Part shown: piece by piece, positions 50,524 through 59,702 of the stretch | Layout: every line of letters begins with the position of its first letter | Position numbering within the stretch: position 1 is the stretch's first letter | IMG/VR virus record: IMGVR_UViG_3300032030_000044 | Location: 25,497 to 89,496 of that record | Length of the DNA stretch: 64,000 nucleotides | From: a virus | Lineage: Duplodnaviria; Caudoviricetes | Direction: 5' to 3' (one strand) | Notes under the pieces: model-generated | Database searches by the model: none | What the model was told of the DNA's origin: nothing | The model's input: only the letters and a program-made list of their open reading frames with translations | Made by a program: the position numbers and the translations under genes

Positions 50524-50557
50524 TATACTTTAATATAAAGTAATTAAACTGTAAAAA

Positions 50558-50602
50558 AATATGCTCTTGCAAGCACCGATAAAGGTACTGCAAGAGCATA
50601 TT
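50558..50602. terminator. Probable bidirectional terminator between the convergent modules
   Basis: Perfect 14-bp stem AATATGCTCTTGCA / TGCAAGAGCATATT with an inner GCACC/GGTAC stem, an A-tract on the left and a T-rich run on the right. Confidence 0.75.
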
Positions 50603-50648
50603 ATTATATTAAGTAGTTTATTTATAAGTCAATAATAGTCAATACTTT

Positions 50649-51098
50649 TTATTTAGAAGCTGATTTTGACTTATTTACAACTTTTATTTTATCAATAGTA
50701 CAAATTATTTGTTTATCATTTAAATTCAAATTTAAGCTATTATTAGCTATTTTATCAACTTTGTATTTTTCTATAAGCTTTTGAGAAATTTTACAAAGAT
50801 TAACAACAGAATTATTAGTTCTATTAAAACTTGCTATAACATTTTTAAATATTTCATTTTGTTTATCAATTATTTCTAATAAACCATTATAATCTTTTTC
50901 ATAATCAATACAAAATTCATTAAATTTGTCAATAGCATGTATAAAATTAAATTGATTATCTCTAATTTCAATTATAAGTTCTTTTAATGCATCTATAGCT
51001 TCACTATTAGCATAAATCTTTTTTAATATGACAAATATTACAATTGTTATACATATAACAAATCCAATAAACATTACAAATAAAAAATTTATATTCAT
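50649..51098 (-). CDS. Membrane-anchored coiled-coil protein
   Basis: 149 aa; strong N-terminal transmembrane helix followed by a heptad-rich region. Confidence 0.55.
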   Translation of the reverse strand: MNINFLFVMFIGFVICITIVIFVILKKIYANSEAIDALKELIIEIRDNQFNFIHAIDKFNEFCIDYEKDYNGLLEIIDKQNEIFKNVIASFNRTNNSVVNLCKISQKLIEKYKVDKIANNSLNLNLNDKQIICTIDKIKVVNKSKSASK

Positions 51099-51147
51099 AT
51101 TCTATATATTATGTGTATTGTTATCATTTTTATTATATGACCGTTTA

Positions 51148-51414
51148 TTATATTTTTTTATTATTAATATTTTTTATAGCTTTATATATATCAGAATGTT
51201 CAATAGTGCTAATTTTTGCAATATTGTTTAAATTTTCATTTAAATTTAATATATTTTTACCAACTTTATTTAATGCTTCACCAACAGTATGAAAAGCTTG
51301 TTCAAATATATCTATTCCTTTTACAACTATTTTTATAACATATATTATACAAAATATGTTAAGTATTGACAATAACAATGTCAATACAGTTAAAACTAAT
51401 GTAACAAATTCCAT
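51148..51414 (-). CDS. Small membrane-anchored protein
   Basis: 88 aa; N-terminal transmembrane helix followed by an amphipathic helix. Confidence 0.55.
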   Translation of the reverse strand: MEFVTLVLTVLTLLLSILNIFCIIYVIKIVVKGIDIFEQAFHTVGEALNKVGKNILNLNENLNNIAKISTIEHSDIYKAIKNINNKKI

Positions 51415-51430
51415 ATTTAATAATGATTGA

Positions 51431-51473
51431 TCTCTTTACAGGGAAACTAATTTTAGAACCCCTATAAAGGGAA
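51431..51473. repeat. Inverted pair of the 16-bp motif, intergenic
   Basis: TCTCTTTACAGGGAA (51431-51445) and ACCCCTATAAAGGGAA (51458-51473). Confidence 0.75.
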
Positions 51474-51480
51474 ATTATTG

Positions 51481-52536
51481 TTAAGCAGCAATTTCAAGTA
51501 ATAAATTAGCACTTTGTTTAATTTTAGTAGCTTTATCGCCATAAAGCAAACTATCCATTCGTTTAGTTCCTTCAGCTTTATCAACATTAGAATAATAACC
51601 GTTTACTGCATTATATACACCCCAACCTGTACCTCTCCATTCTTGTTGTCCAATACCATTCATATAGTAATAATACATTTCTGCAATTATATTACATTTA
51701 CGAGTGCTAATATTTGCATCATTCATAGCATCCCAACTACGAAGAACTAATTGCATAGGTGTATGACCAGTAGATTTTAAATCATTATATTCACTCTTTG
51801 ATAAAATTAAACGAGCATAATAATCAGCAGCTTGGTCATCAGTAACATTTATATTTGCAAAATTATTATAAGTTTCTTCTAATGCTTTAATTTTAATATT
51901 AGATATTCCTAAAATTTCTTGTGCAATATCAAGTTTTTCATGTACACTTTCAGTATGTCTATAAGAAATATAGGCTTCATTATTATGCAATGCAGCATTC
52001 AAAGTATTTTCACAAACAACTCTAATAGGAGTTAATAATATTTTAACGCCCATAGAACCATCATGAGAAGTTGCAAATACTAAATAATTATCAACAATAT
52101 CATCTTTAATAAAGATATGTTGTGGTAATTTTGCACTAACAAATATTCTTTCACCATTTCCGAAAAATCCAGCAGTTTGCCAAATTGCTTTATTTTTACC
52201 AATAGCACTATCAAAGAATTTAAAAGCATCTATATTTTGTACAGGAGTATATTTATCTTTAACAACGCCAAGAGGTATATTTAAATCAGTTCTATAAGTT
52301 CCATATACTCCTTCAATTGTACGATAAAAATTAGAGCCTTTAAAGAAACCATCTTTAATATCTATTTCATTTTGTTTATCCCATGTAGCTTCGCCTGGCA
52401 TTTTAGCCATTAATGGACATTTTTCAACTTTCCAATCAAGTTTAGCTTTTTCTATAACTTCTTTTGATGTTGTACAATCACTAACATCTATTGTTCCTTT
52501 ATATTTAAAAGGAATACCTTTTGAATAATAAGCCAT
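51481..52536 (-). CDS. DUF932 (TIGR03299-like) phage/plasmid protein
   Basis: Characteristic YRTD...LGVV...YTPVQN, TAG...GERIF...KLP, SHDGS, TPIRVVCENTL motifs. Confidence 0.85.
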   Translation of the reverse strand: MAYYSKGIPFKYKGTIDVSDCTTSKEVIEKAKLDWKVEKCPLMAKMPGEATWDKQNEIDIKDGFFKGSNFYRTIEGVYGTYRTDLNIPLGVVKDKYTPVQNIDAFKFFDSAIGKNKAIWQTAGFFGNGERIFVSAKLPQHIFIKDDIVDNYLVFATSHDGSMGVKILLTPIRVVCENTLNAALHNNEAYISYRHTESVHEKLDIAQEILGISNIKIKALEETYNNFANINVTDDQAADYYARLILSKSEYNDLKSTGHTPMQLVLRSWDAMNDANISTRKCNIIAEMYYYYMNGIGQQEWRGTGWGVYNAVNGYYSNVDKAEGTKRMDSLLYGDKATKIKQSANLLLEIAA

Positions 52537-52538
52537 AA

Positions 52539-53558
52539 TTAATCAAATTTAATATATTTGTTATGTTTTTTGTTTAATAATTTTAATTGAGAGATAGTAT
52601 AGCCTATAAAGTCTTTCCAACAATTAATATCATATTTTTTATATCGTATTTTTGAATAATGAACAGTTAATATACCGTCATACCATTCACCAAGTTCGCC
52701 TATATTTGTTCTTAATAGATATTTATTTCCTACTTTTACACATTCATATTTAGTTTTTGAAAATTGTTTAGGTTTATTAAAAGTTATTTCTGAATAATCA
52801 ACTGTTGCTCTATCATGAGTACAATATCTTAAATTTAATTTATGATCTCTCATAGCTAATTTTGAATCAGTAAGAATAGGACAATTATATTTTGTAATTA
52901 ACGTTTTTAACATTGGTTCTCTATGGTCAACAACATATATTAAACAATCTTTATCATCAGAAGATTTAAAATATACTTTAGCAACAGGCATTTCTATTGG
53001 TTGTTCAATAGTTATATTATTTTCATAAGACTCTTTAATAAAATAACAATCATCTATATAATCTCCAGAAATTATTCCACCTTTTGAAATATATATAGGC
53101 ATTTGTAAATCAATATCTGACGCTTTATAACTCTTTTTTTCTCTAAAATCAAATATTTTTTTAACTTTAATATGATATGCGTTTTCATTATAAATACTTC
53201 TATCAGAATTAATAGGAAAATTTGAATTCCAAATTATATATTTACATCTTTTATGTAATAATAACGTATGATTATCTTCTTTAATAAAATCATTTTTAGT
53301 AAAAGTTATAGGAGTTAATGGGATAAAATTTAAAAAGTTTTCACATAAATCTTTAGTTTTTGTTAAATATAATCTAATAAAAGTTGTATTTATAGTTTTA
53401 CCTTTATTAATAAAATCAATCAATGCAGAAAAATAAGCATATTGACTGATTTTTATATAATCATCATCAATACTTTCTATAAATGATACAGCCTCTCGCT
53501 TAATAAAAGCGAGAGTATCTGTATCAGTAGAATTTATATTAAAAATAGATAAATCCAT
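52539..53558 (-). CDS. Hypothetical protein
   Basis: 339-aa ORF with no motif recognised. Confidence 0.55.
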   Translation of the reverse strand: MDLSIFNINSTDTDTLAFIKREAVSFIESIDDDYIKISQYAYFSALIDFINKGKTINTTFIRLYLTKTKDLCENFLNFIPLTPITFTKNDFIKEDNHTLLLHKRCKYIIWNSNFPINSDRSIYNENAYHIKVKKIFDFREKKSYKASDIDLQMPIYISKGGIISGDYIDDCYFIKESYENNITIEQPIEMPVAKVYFKSSDDKDCLIYVVDHREPMLKTLITKYNCPILTDSKLAMRDHKLNLRYCTHDRATVDYSEITFNKPKQFSKTKYECVKVGNKYLLRTNIGELGEWYDGILTVHYSKIRYKKYDINCWKDFIGYTISQLKLLNKKHNKYIKFD

Positions 53559-53562
53559 AATT

Positions 53563-54333
53563 TTATTTCATTTGAAGTGAATAATTAGCTTCTTTATGAC
53601 AACATGATATAATATTTACATCATTTGTTGCTTTAAGATAATCTTTTGCAATAATTTTATTTACATTTAAATCAAAATCTATACCAATATTTATAATTGG
53701 TTTAAATATACCATTATCTGTTCTAAAAGCATTTGCAATAGAAGATTTAGTAGAATATGAAACTTCAATCATTTCTAAATCAGTTGGAGTAAATGGTAAA
53801 TATTTATCAATAACTCCATCAGTTTCCATTTCTGCTTTAATATTAGCATTCATTGTATTACATAATCCATCTAAATCCCAATCAATATGTGGATGAAGCA
53901 TTCCGTATGAATATAATTCATGAATTAATCTATCTAATTCTCTTTTAAGATATCCAAGCCTTATATCATCTTCTTTTATAGATTCAGAACGACGAGTGCT
54001 AAATTTAAATGTTGGAAATTCAATACAATATCCACCACTTTTTGTTTGTATACCAAATTGTTGAACAGCAGTTAAAACAGTTTTCTTTGCAGTTTCTTTT
54101 CTTGATTCTATTCCTTTACGAATAAGTTTTACTCGTTCTTCTTCTGCTTTACAAGCTGCTATATCATTATCAAGTTTATGAAGATATTGATTATATCCTT
54201 CCATTTTAGAATTAAAATTTTCTTGAGTTATAACCAATTGTTCTTCATCTTCTGGAAGAATTTCTCCTCCTTGTTGCTCTATTTTATCGTAAAGAGCAAT
54301 CATATCTTGTTCAATATTATATAAATTTGCCAT
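53563..54333 (-). CDS. Siphovirus Gp157-like (Gam-like) protein
   Basis: MANLYNIEQD...LYDKIE..GGEI start, coiled coil (IAACKAEEERVK) and FKFSTRRSESI, typical of the Gp157 family. Confidence 0.75.
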   Translation of the reverse strand: MANLYNIEQDMIALYDKIEQQGGEILPEDEEQLVITQENFNSKMEGYNQYLHKLDNDIAACKAEEERVKLIRKGIESRKETAKKTVLTAVQQFGIQTKSGGYCIEFPTFKFSTRRSESIKEDDIRLGYLKRELDRLIHELYSYGMLHPHIDWDLDGLCNTMNANIKAEMETDGVIDKYLPFTPTDLEMIEVSYSTKSSIANAFRTDNGIFKPIINIGIDFDLNVNKIIAKDYLKATNDVNIISCCHKEANYSLQMK

Positions 54334-54345
54334 ATTTGTTTTTAT

Positions 54346-54663
54346 TTATTCCCCTGTAGGGGGATTGTTTATTTTATCTATTTCATACATTTCTGTTTGA
54401 GGTTCAAATTCAACATCTTCAATTAATTCTTCAAATCTATTTAAAAGAGCATTTCCTTTATATATAACATTATTACCATTTAATATTTTTCCACCTCGTT
54501 TTAAACATTGTAATCTAATTCTACAATGATATTCATTTTCATTAAGACTTGTAGTAAATTGTTTAGTAGGATTACTATTTATTATAACATAAGTTCCAAT
54601 TTTATACTGTTGAGTATTAAATTCTAATATTCCCTCTTCAGGGTCTTGTAGTTTAGTCCACAT
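54346..54663 (-). CDS. Hypothetical protein
   Basis: 105-aa ORF tightly packed between neighbours; both termini contain a copy of the 16-bp motif. Confidence 0.55.
   Translation of the reverse strand: MWTKLQDPEEGILEFNTQQYKIGTYVIINSNPTKQFTTSLNENEYHCRIRLQCLKRGGKILNGNNVIYKGNALLNRFEELIEDVEFEPQTEMYEIDKINNPPTGE
54349..54364 (-). repeat. Dispersed 16-bp motif at gene end (NPPTGE*)
   Basis: TTCCCCTGTAGGGGGA on the + strand. Confidence 0.85.
54630..54643 (+). repeat. Dispersed 16-bp motif near gene start (DPEEG)
   Basis: TTCCCTCTTCAGGG; one core mismatch. Confidence 0.7.
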
Positions 54664-54664
54664 A

Positions 54665-55753
54665 TTAATTATTAGGTATTAAAGGTTTATTATATTTTTC
54701 TTTTGCAAAATCATTTGCTAATTTATCTATATCATATCCTAATTTAATAAATTCATTTCTTATTTGTTCCATTATTAATCTAGCATTTGGATGAGGATTT
54801 CCTGCAATACCATAATATCTAAGTAATAAAATATTCAACCATTCATCTATAGAATATGTATAGACAACTGTAGTTGCAGTGCATAAAGGAAGTAACTCTC
54901 GTGCAATTTGAGGCGCAGCTCCTTTTTTAATTACTTCTTTATAATGAGTAACTTCTTTATGAAGATAGCCTAAAAAGCTTTTTGTTTTTTGCTGAATATA
55001 TTTAATATCAGTGCTTTCTGAATACCAAACATTATCACTAATTCTTATATTAGCTTCACAAAGAGGTACAGTTATTGAAATTTCTCCGCCTGCTTTTAAA
55101 TATTCTATGCCAATTAAATCTTTTCCATCATATATTACTAAATCTATTTCTTTATGAGAGTTCCAAATTTCATTTGTATATAAATCAAACCAATAAGGTT
55201 GTGCAATAGCAACGTCATTATTAAATTTATTAGCAGTATAATTACAATATCTTGTTGATTCTTCACTAATATTATTAGGACTAACTCTATTTAATTCACG
55301 AGAAGTACTAATTTGTGTTGTAATACAAAATGTATATCTCATCATATTAAAACCTACAGGTGTATTATTAAAAAATTCAGGAGACACTTCATATTGATTA
55401 AATCTGTTCATAAATTCAGTATTTTCTAAATAAAATTGTCCATTAATGACTATATAATAGATTTCATTTATATATTTAACTTGACAATAAATATTTTGAG
55501 AAAGTAATATTATATCTGCTAATAAATCATCATCTTTTATATAATTATCTTTAACTATAATATAATATTTAGTAGAATGCCTAAATACACTAAAATGATG
55601 TTTATCAATAAGCATATTTATCATTGCTGAATCTTTTATTATGTCAGGGGTTCTTTTTCCTTTTGACCCATAACAAATACTTGCACATTTTGCAATATGA
55701 TGTTGTGGCAAATTTTCTTTCCACAACTCAACTTTAGGTTTAACTATATACAT
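54665..55753 (-). CDS. thyX: Flavin-dependent thymidylate synthase (divergent motif)
   Basis: IAKCASICY, HFSVFRH, SRELNR...ISEESTRYCNY, PQIARELLPLCTAT and LLLR...HP motifs. Confidence 0.85.
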   Translation of the reverse strand: MYIVKPKVELWKENLPQHHIAKCASICYGSKGKRTPDIIKDSAMINMLIDKHHFSVFRHSTKYYIIVKDNYIKDDDLLADIILLSQNIYCQVKYINEIYYIVINGQFYLENTEFMNRFNQYEVSPEFFNNTPVGFNMMRYTFCITTQISTSRELNRVSPNNISEESTRYCNYTANKFNNDVAIAQPYWFDLYTNEIWNSHKEIDLVIYDGKDLIGIEYLKAGGEISITVPLCEANIRISDNVWYSESTDIKYIQQKTKSFLGYLHKEVTHYKEVIKKGAAPQIARELLPLCTATTVVYTYSIDEWLNILLLRYYGIAGNPHPNARLIMEQIRNEFIKLGYDIDKLANDFAKEKYNKPLIPNN

Positions 55754-55756
55754 ATT

Positions 55757-56584
55757 TTAATTAAGAAATAAATATTGATAAGCTTTTAAACATTGATTAA
55801 ATAATGATAAATAACTAACTCTTGGATTAGGAATATAATAATCAAAATCTTTTAATCTTTTATCACTATTATGAACATTTGTTTCATCTTTTTCTGTAAA
55901 TGTTAATGTTTCTCCTACATTAATAAAATATACTTTTATTCTATTGCCATCTTCTAAACGACCTGTGCTTGCATCATGAGCAGCATATCGTAATGAAGTA
56001 ATTTCTTCTTTAAATCTTACATCAGCAATAAAAGCATATCCTTTTTCACGAGAGCATTGTATAACTTTTTGTATAGTTTTATTACTCCAATAATGTTCAT
56101 CATACATATTTCTAAACATTTCAGTACCTACAAATTCTAATATACTACGAAGTTTTATAATAGGTATTATGTTTAATTTATTAGCAGTCATTAAATGTTC
56201 TGCTATAGTAGCTTTTAAAGGCATTATTTTATAATAAGCTTTATAATTTTTACCTTTAGCAATTAATTGTGTTCGTTTTTCTATATCTTCGTCACTTACA
56301 AAATCATCAGTTCCATATATCCACCATAATATATCTTTATATGTATGATCATCAAATAAATCTCTTCTAAGATTTGTAATAATAGCACATATATCTTTAA
56401 GATGATCTGCAAAATGAAATATAGAAGGAGATGTAAAATTTTTTATTTTTGCTAAATGATACCAATCTGAATATTTAGCTTTTTGAATACCAACAGAAAA
56501 TATATAATTAAACATTGAAGCGCAAGTATTTTTTCCAGCACCTTTATCTCCTTCAAATCCAATAATTATTTTGTCTTTTATCAT
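55757..56584 (-). CDS. Deoxynucleoside monophosphate kinase
   Basis: P-loop GDKGAGKNT, FADHLK, R..LEFVGTEMFR and ADVRFKEE motifs of phage dNMP kinases. Confidence 0.82.
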   Translation of the reverse strand: MIKDKIIIGFEGDKGAGKNTCASMFNYIFSVGIQKAKYSDWYHLAKIKNFTSPSIFHFADHLKDICAIITNLRRDLFDDHTYKDILWWIYGTDDFVSDEDIEKRTQLIAKGKNYKAYYKIMPLKATIAEHLMTANKLNIIPIIKLRSILEFVGTEMFRNMYDEHYWSNKTIQKVIQCSREKGYAFIADVRFKEEITSLRYAAHDASTGRLEDGNRIKVYFINVGETLTFTEKDETNVHNSDKRLKDFDYYIPNPRVSYLSLFNQCLKAYQYLFLN

Positions 56585-56591
56585 AATAATA

Positions 56592-56623
56592 CAAAATTAC
56601 AAAATTTTTTTGAATTGACCAAA
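56592..56623 (-). promoter_or_regulatory. Bacteroidota sigma-A-type promoter
   Basis: On the - strand TTTG, 20-nt spacer, TAATTTTG, just upstream of the dNMP kinase ATG. Confidence 0.7.
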
Positions 56624-56688
56624 TTTACAGGATAGTATAATTTATAAATTTGGCTTAAAATTGCTTATAAAAGCGTATAAATTAAATA

Positions 56689-56731
56689 GTTTGCAATGAA
56701 AAATAATTTTAATCAAAAGCTATAAACAGCT
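56689..56731 (-). repeat. Intergenic AGCT-N6-AGCT element, weaker copy D
   Basis: - strand AGCTGTTTATAGCTTTTGATTAAAATTATTTTTCATTGCAAAC. Confidence 0.4.
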
Positions 56732-56763
56732 ATAAAACACAAAATTTAACAAAGAATATATAT

Positions 56764-56794
56764 AAAAAAAGTGCTGATATTAAATCAGCACTTT
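56764..56794 (-). terminator. Intrinsic terminator
   Basis: Perfect stem AAAGTGCTGAT / ATCAGCACTTT with a T-tract on the - strand, at the end of the 115-aa gene. Confidence 0.75.
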
Positions 56795-57140
56795 AATTAA
56801 TCATATATTTATCATATTCTTCGGTACTTTCTATATATTCTAAATTAAATTTATTATTATGTTCAATTAAATATTTAATTTCTTTATGAGTTTCAATAGT
56901 TACTTTTATTTTAGTTCTACCATAATCATCATATTTAACTGGTTTACATTTTTCATTAAATTTTGTATTAGAAAATAAAATATAATAATAATATTCATTA
57001 GCATACATATCATATTCTCTCACTTCAATATACCATTTATAATATGGTTTTCTATTTAGAAGAATCGTTTTACGAGCTTCTAAATACATTGGATATTTAT
57101 CTTTATTAGTTAATATTTCATATCCGTAAAGAGCTGTCAT
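56793..57140 (-). CDS. Hypothetical protein
   Basis: 115-aa Tyr-rich ORF after the ligase gene. Confidence 0.55.
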   Translation of the reverse strand: MTALYGYEILTNKDKYPMYLEARKTILLNRKPYYKWYIEVREYDMYANEYYYYILFSNTKFNEKCKPVKYDDYGRTKIKVTIETHKEIKYLIEHNNKFNLEYIESTEEYDKYMIN

Positions 57141-57146
57141 AATTAA

Positions 57147-58373
57147 TTAAATAATATATGTAGTTTTAACATGGAAAGGAACTTGTTCAATACCACTTCT
57201 TTCTCCATATTCAACGTACATCTTTTTTCCTATATATTTATCTCTTTCTTTAAATATAGATTTTTGATATTCTAAAGTTCCACCAACATGCACTTCAAAT
57301 TTAGAATCATTAATATCATTTTTAAGTAAAAATATAGGAATATCTGGTCGTTTTATTCCTTCACTACTAATAGCAACAATCTCAAATATACCATCAGTAC
57401 TTCTTTTATATTTAATCATAGACATATTTCTTGCACCATATTGATATTCTTTATAAGGATTACGAAGAATTAATCCTTCAAATCCACAATCTATAGAATG
57501 ATCTCTTGCTTTTATAGCATCTGTATTATTTGTAATTTCAACACTTGGTAAAACAATAAATCTATTTTGATTTGCATAATGCATTTCTTTAGATTTAAAA
57601 TATGGTACAAAATTAGCAAGATTTTTTATTCTAAATTCTTCTCTTGTTAATTGTATAGTTTCTCTAATAGCAATATCATAACACCAATATTGTATTAATT
57701 TATTTTCTTTACAATTTGGATCTTTAACAAAATGATTTATTTCATTAACAGAATGACCAGGTAAATAAAGTTCTCCATCAAGTATCCAATCTTCATCAAG
57801 CATATATTCAATAATTTTATTTGGAATAACTGAAAGAAGATAACTTTCTAAATCATATAGACTTTTCCAAATTGTACCTTCTCGACTTTGAAATGTTAAA
57901 CTTATTGGATGAAATAAATTCATTTCATTACGATGAGCAGATATAAAACATCTTAATCCGTTTATTTTCCATTGACCAAAATAAGATTCACATTTAGCAA
58001 AAACTTTATTATTAGTATTATCATAAGTTTTAGCTAACATAGGAAGCATTATATTATCAGCAGTAGTTCTTTCATAAGGAAGATAAGTATTAAGATATTG
58101 CTCAATACTTTCCTTTACAGGGGATTCATTATTATCTCGTAGTTCATCTATATATTTATATCCACTTTTTCTTTTAGCAGCAACCATAGATTTATATTCA
58201 TCATCACATGTTCTATGAGTTTTAATAACGTCAGTAATATCTGTTTTTCCAACTATACCATGATGAACGATAATAATGTCATCAATAGAATTTATTTTTC
58301 CGAACCAATAACAAGGTTTTCCTTGATTGTTTCTTCTAAATAAAATAGTATGGATATCTTGTTCATTAAACAT
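57147..58373 (-). CDS. ATP-dependent DNA ligase
   Basis: Motif I QWKINGLR, ILDGELY, motif IV EGLILR, motif V IKYK and an OB-fold end (VEYGERS...VPFH). Confidence 0.9.
   Translation of the reverse strand: MFNEQDIHTILFRRNNQGKPCYWFGKINSIDDIIIVHHGIVGKTDITDVIKTHRTCDDEYKSMVAAKRKSGYKYIDELRDNNESPVKESIEQYLNTYLPYERTTADNIMLPMLAKTYDNTNNKVFAKCESYFGQWKINGLRCFISAHRNEMNLFHPISLTFQSREGTIWKSLYDLESYLLSVIPNKIIEYMLDEDWILDGELYLPGHSVNEINHFVKDPNCKENKLIQYWCYDIAIRETIQLTREEFRIKNLANFVPYFKSKEMHYANQNRFIVLPSVEITNNTDAIKARDHSIDCGFEGLILRNPYKEYQYGARNMSMIKYKRSTDGIFEIVAISSEGIKRPDIPIFLLKNDINDSKFEVHVGGTLEYQKSIFKERDKYIGKKMYVEYGERSGIEQVPFHVKTTYII
58109..58124 (+). repeat. Dispersed 16-bp motif in the ligase gene (SPVKE)
   Basis: TTTCCTTTACAGGGGA; two mismatches. 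Confidence 0.65.
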
Positions 58374-58376
58374 TGT

Positions 58377-59039
58377 TTAAAATTTAAATTTAAGTTTACT
58401 AAAATCAGGAGAACGATTTATCTTTTCTCGTTCTTTTCTTTCTTTATTTGTACTTGCAGATTTTTCTCGAAGTTTTCTTTCTTTTTCTGCAATTATTTCA
58501 GCATTTAATTTAGTTGCTAAATTAGGATTATCGCTTGTTATCATTTCTCCTGTTCTTGGATTAACATATTCATATATAGGTGCACCAGTAAATAAATCAA
58601 ATGTTTGTCTTCTATAAAATTCATTTTTAGGTTTTGGTTTAGAATTTTTATTTTTGGGTTTCTTTTGTTTAGGTTGAACAGGAGGAATATAATCTTTTTC
58701 ATAAACTAAATTACAAGCATGAAAAAGAAGTAATTTATCAATCCATTCATTCCATTTTAAGTGATTATTAAATTGTTTAACATAGAAAATATATTCAGAT
58801 AGGGCTGATTCATATCTTGGTGTATTAATATGACAAGTTAATAGACCATCTATCTTTTTAGATAAATCTATATCTCGTAATATATTTCCTAATATAGTTT
58901 CAATATCTTCATCTGTTTTCCAATTTTTTAAATTACTTAAACGAGTTTGATTTAAAGGCATTGGTTTAATTTTAAGTATATCTTCAGCCTTTTTAATAGG
59001 ATTGAAATAATCAAGTTCTAATTGATTTATACTATCCAT
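58377..59039 (-). CDS. Hypothetical protein, basic C-terminus
   Basis: ATG at 59039 preferred (avoids a long overlap with the upstream gene); Lys-rich linker. Confidence 0.55.
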   Translation of the reverse strand: MDSINQLELDYFNPIKKAEDILKIKPMPLNQTRLSNLKNWKTDEDIETILGNILRDIDLSKKIDGLLTCHINTPRYESALSEYIFYVKQFNNHLKWNEWIDKLLLFHACNLVYEKDYIPPVQPKQKKPKNKNSKPKPKNEFYRRQTFDLFTGAPIYEYVNPRTGEMITSDNPNLATKLNAEIIAEKERKLREKSASTNKERKEREKINRSPDFSKLKFKF

Positions 59040-59271
59040 AAAAATTATGATTAGCGTTAAATATAGCATGTTTTAAAGTACTATTTTTATTTATATCAAC
59101 TAATGATATTTCATCATCATAAGGTCTAAATTGTTCATGTAGTTTTTCATATCGTTCATACTCTTTAATAAATAATTGTTCAATGTCTTCAAGAGTAGAA
59201 GAAGTAGCAATTATATCATTATTATGATATAAAATAAAATTATGTACCGTTATTCCCCATTCATGCTCCAT
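59032..59271 (-). CDS. Hypothetical protein
   Basis: 79-aa ORF coupled to its neighbours; TAG stop. Confidence 0.45.
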   Translation of the reverse strand: MEHEWGITVHNFILYHNNDIIATSSTLEDIEQLFIKEYERYEKLHEQFRPYDDEISLVDINKNSTLKHAIFNANHNFYG

Positions 59272-59702
59272 TATTTCTTTAACATTTTAAATATAATAAT
59301 ATATTTAGGTTTTCCTATTTGACAATGTTTATATTTATATATTTTAGAAAGATTAAATGTATTATAACCTTTCATCACACCATCTGTTGTAGTAACTTCA
59401 GCAGTATTATAATTAAATTTAGAATTAATCCAAACTCCATTTTCATGATTATCTCCAAAATATTCTATAGCATCTATTAATTTCTTTTTAGTAAAATCTG
59501 CTTCTCCAATATAACAATTATCAGGATGTATTAATCCATATTTAGGACTATTATATTTATAATGCTTTTTAATAATTAATTCAAATTCTTCTTTTGTAAC
59601 AGTTTCCATAACTGTATCTATATAAGAACTACCATTTTTAGAACGGCATATCAGTATAGACGTTCCAAGAACAGGTATTGGATATGTTATTTCGTTTATC
59701 AT
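59271..59702 (-). CDS. Hypothetical protein
   Basis: 143 aa; start overlaps the last 65 nt of the primase ORF. Confidence 0.5.
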   Translation of the reverse strand: MINEITYPIPVLGTSILICRSKNGSSYIDTVMETVTKEEFELIIKKHYKYNSPKYGLIHPDNCYIGEADFTKKKLIDAIEYFGDNHENGVWINSKFNYNTAEVTTTDGVMKGYNTFNLSKIYKYKHCQIGKPKYIIIFKMLKK

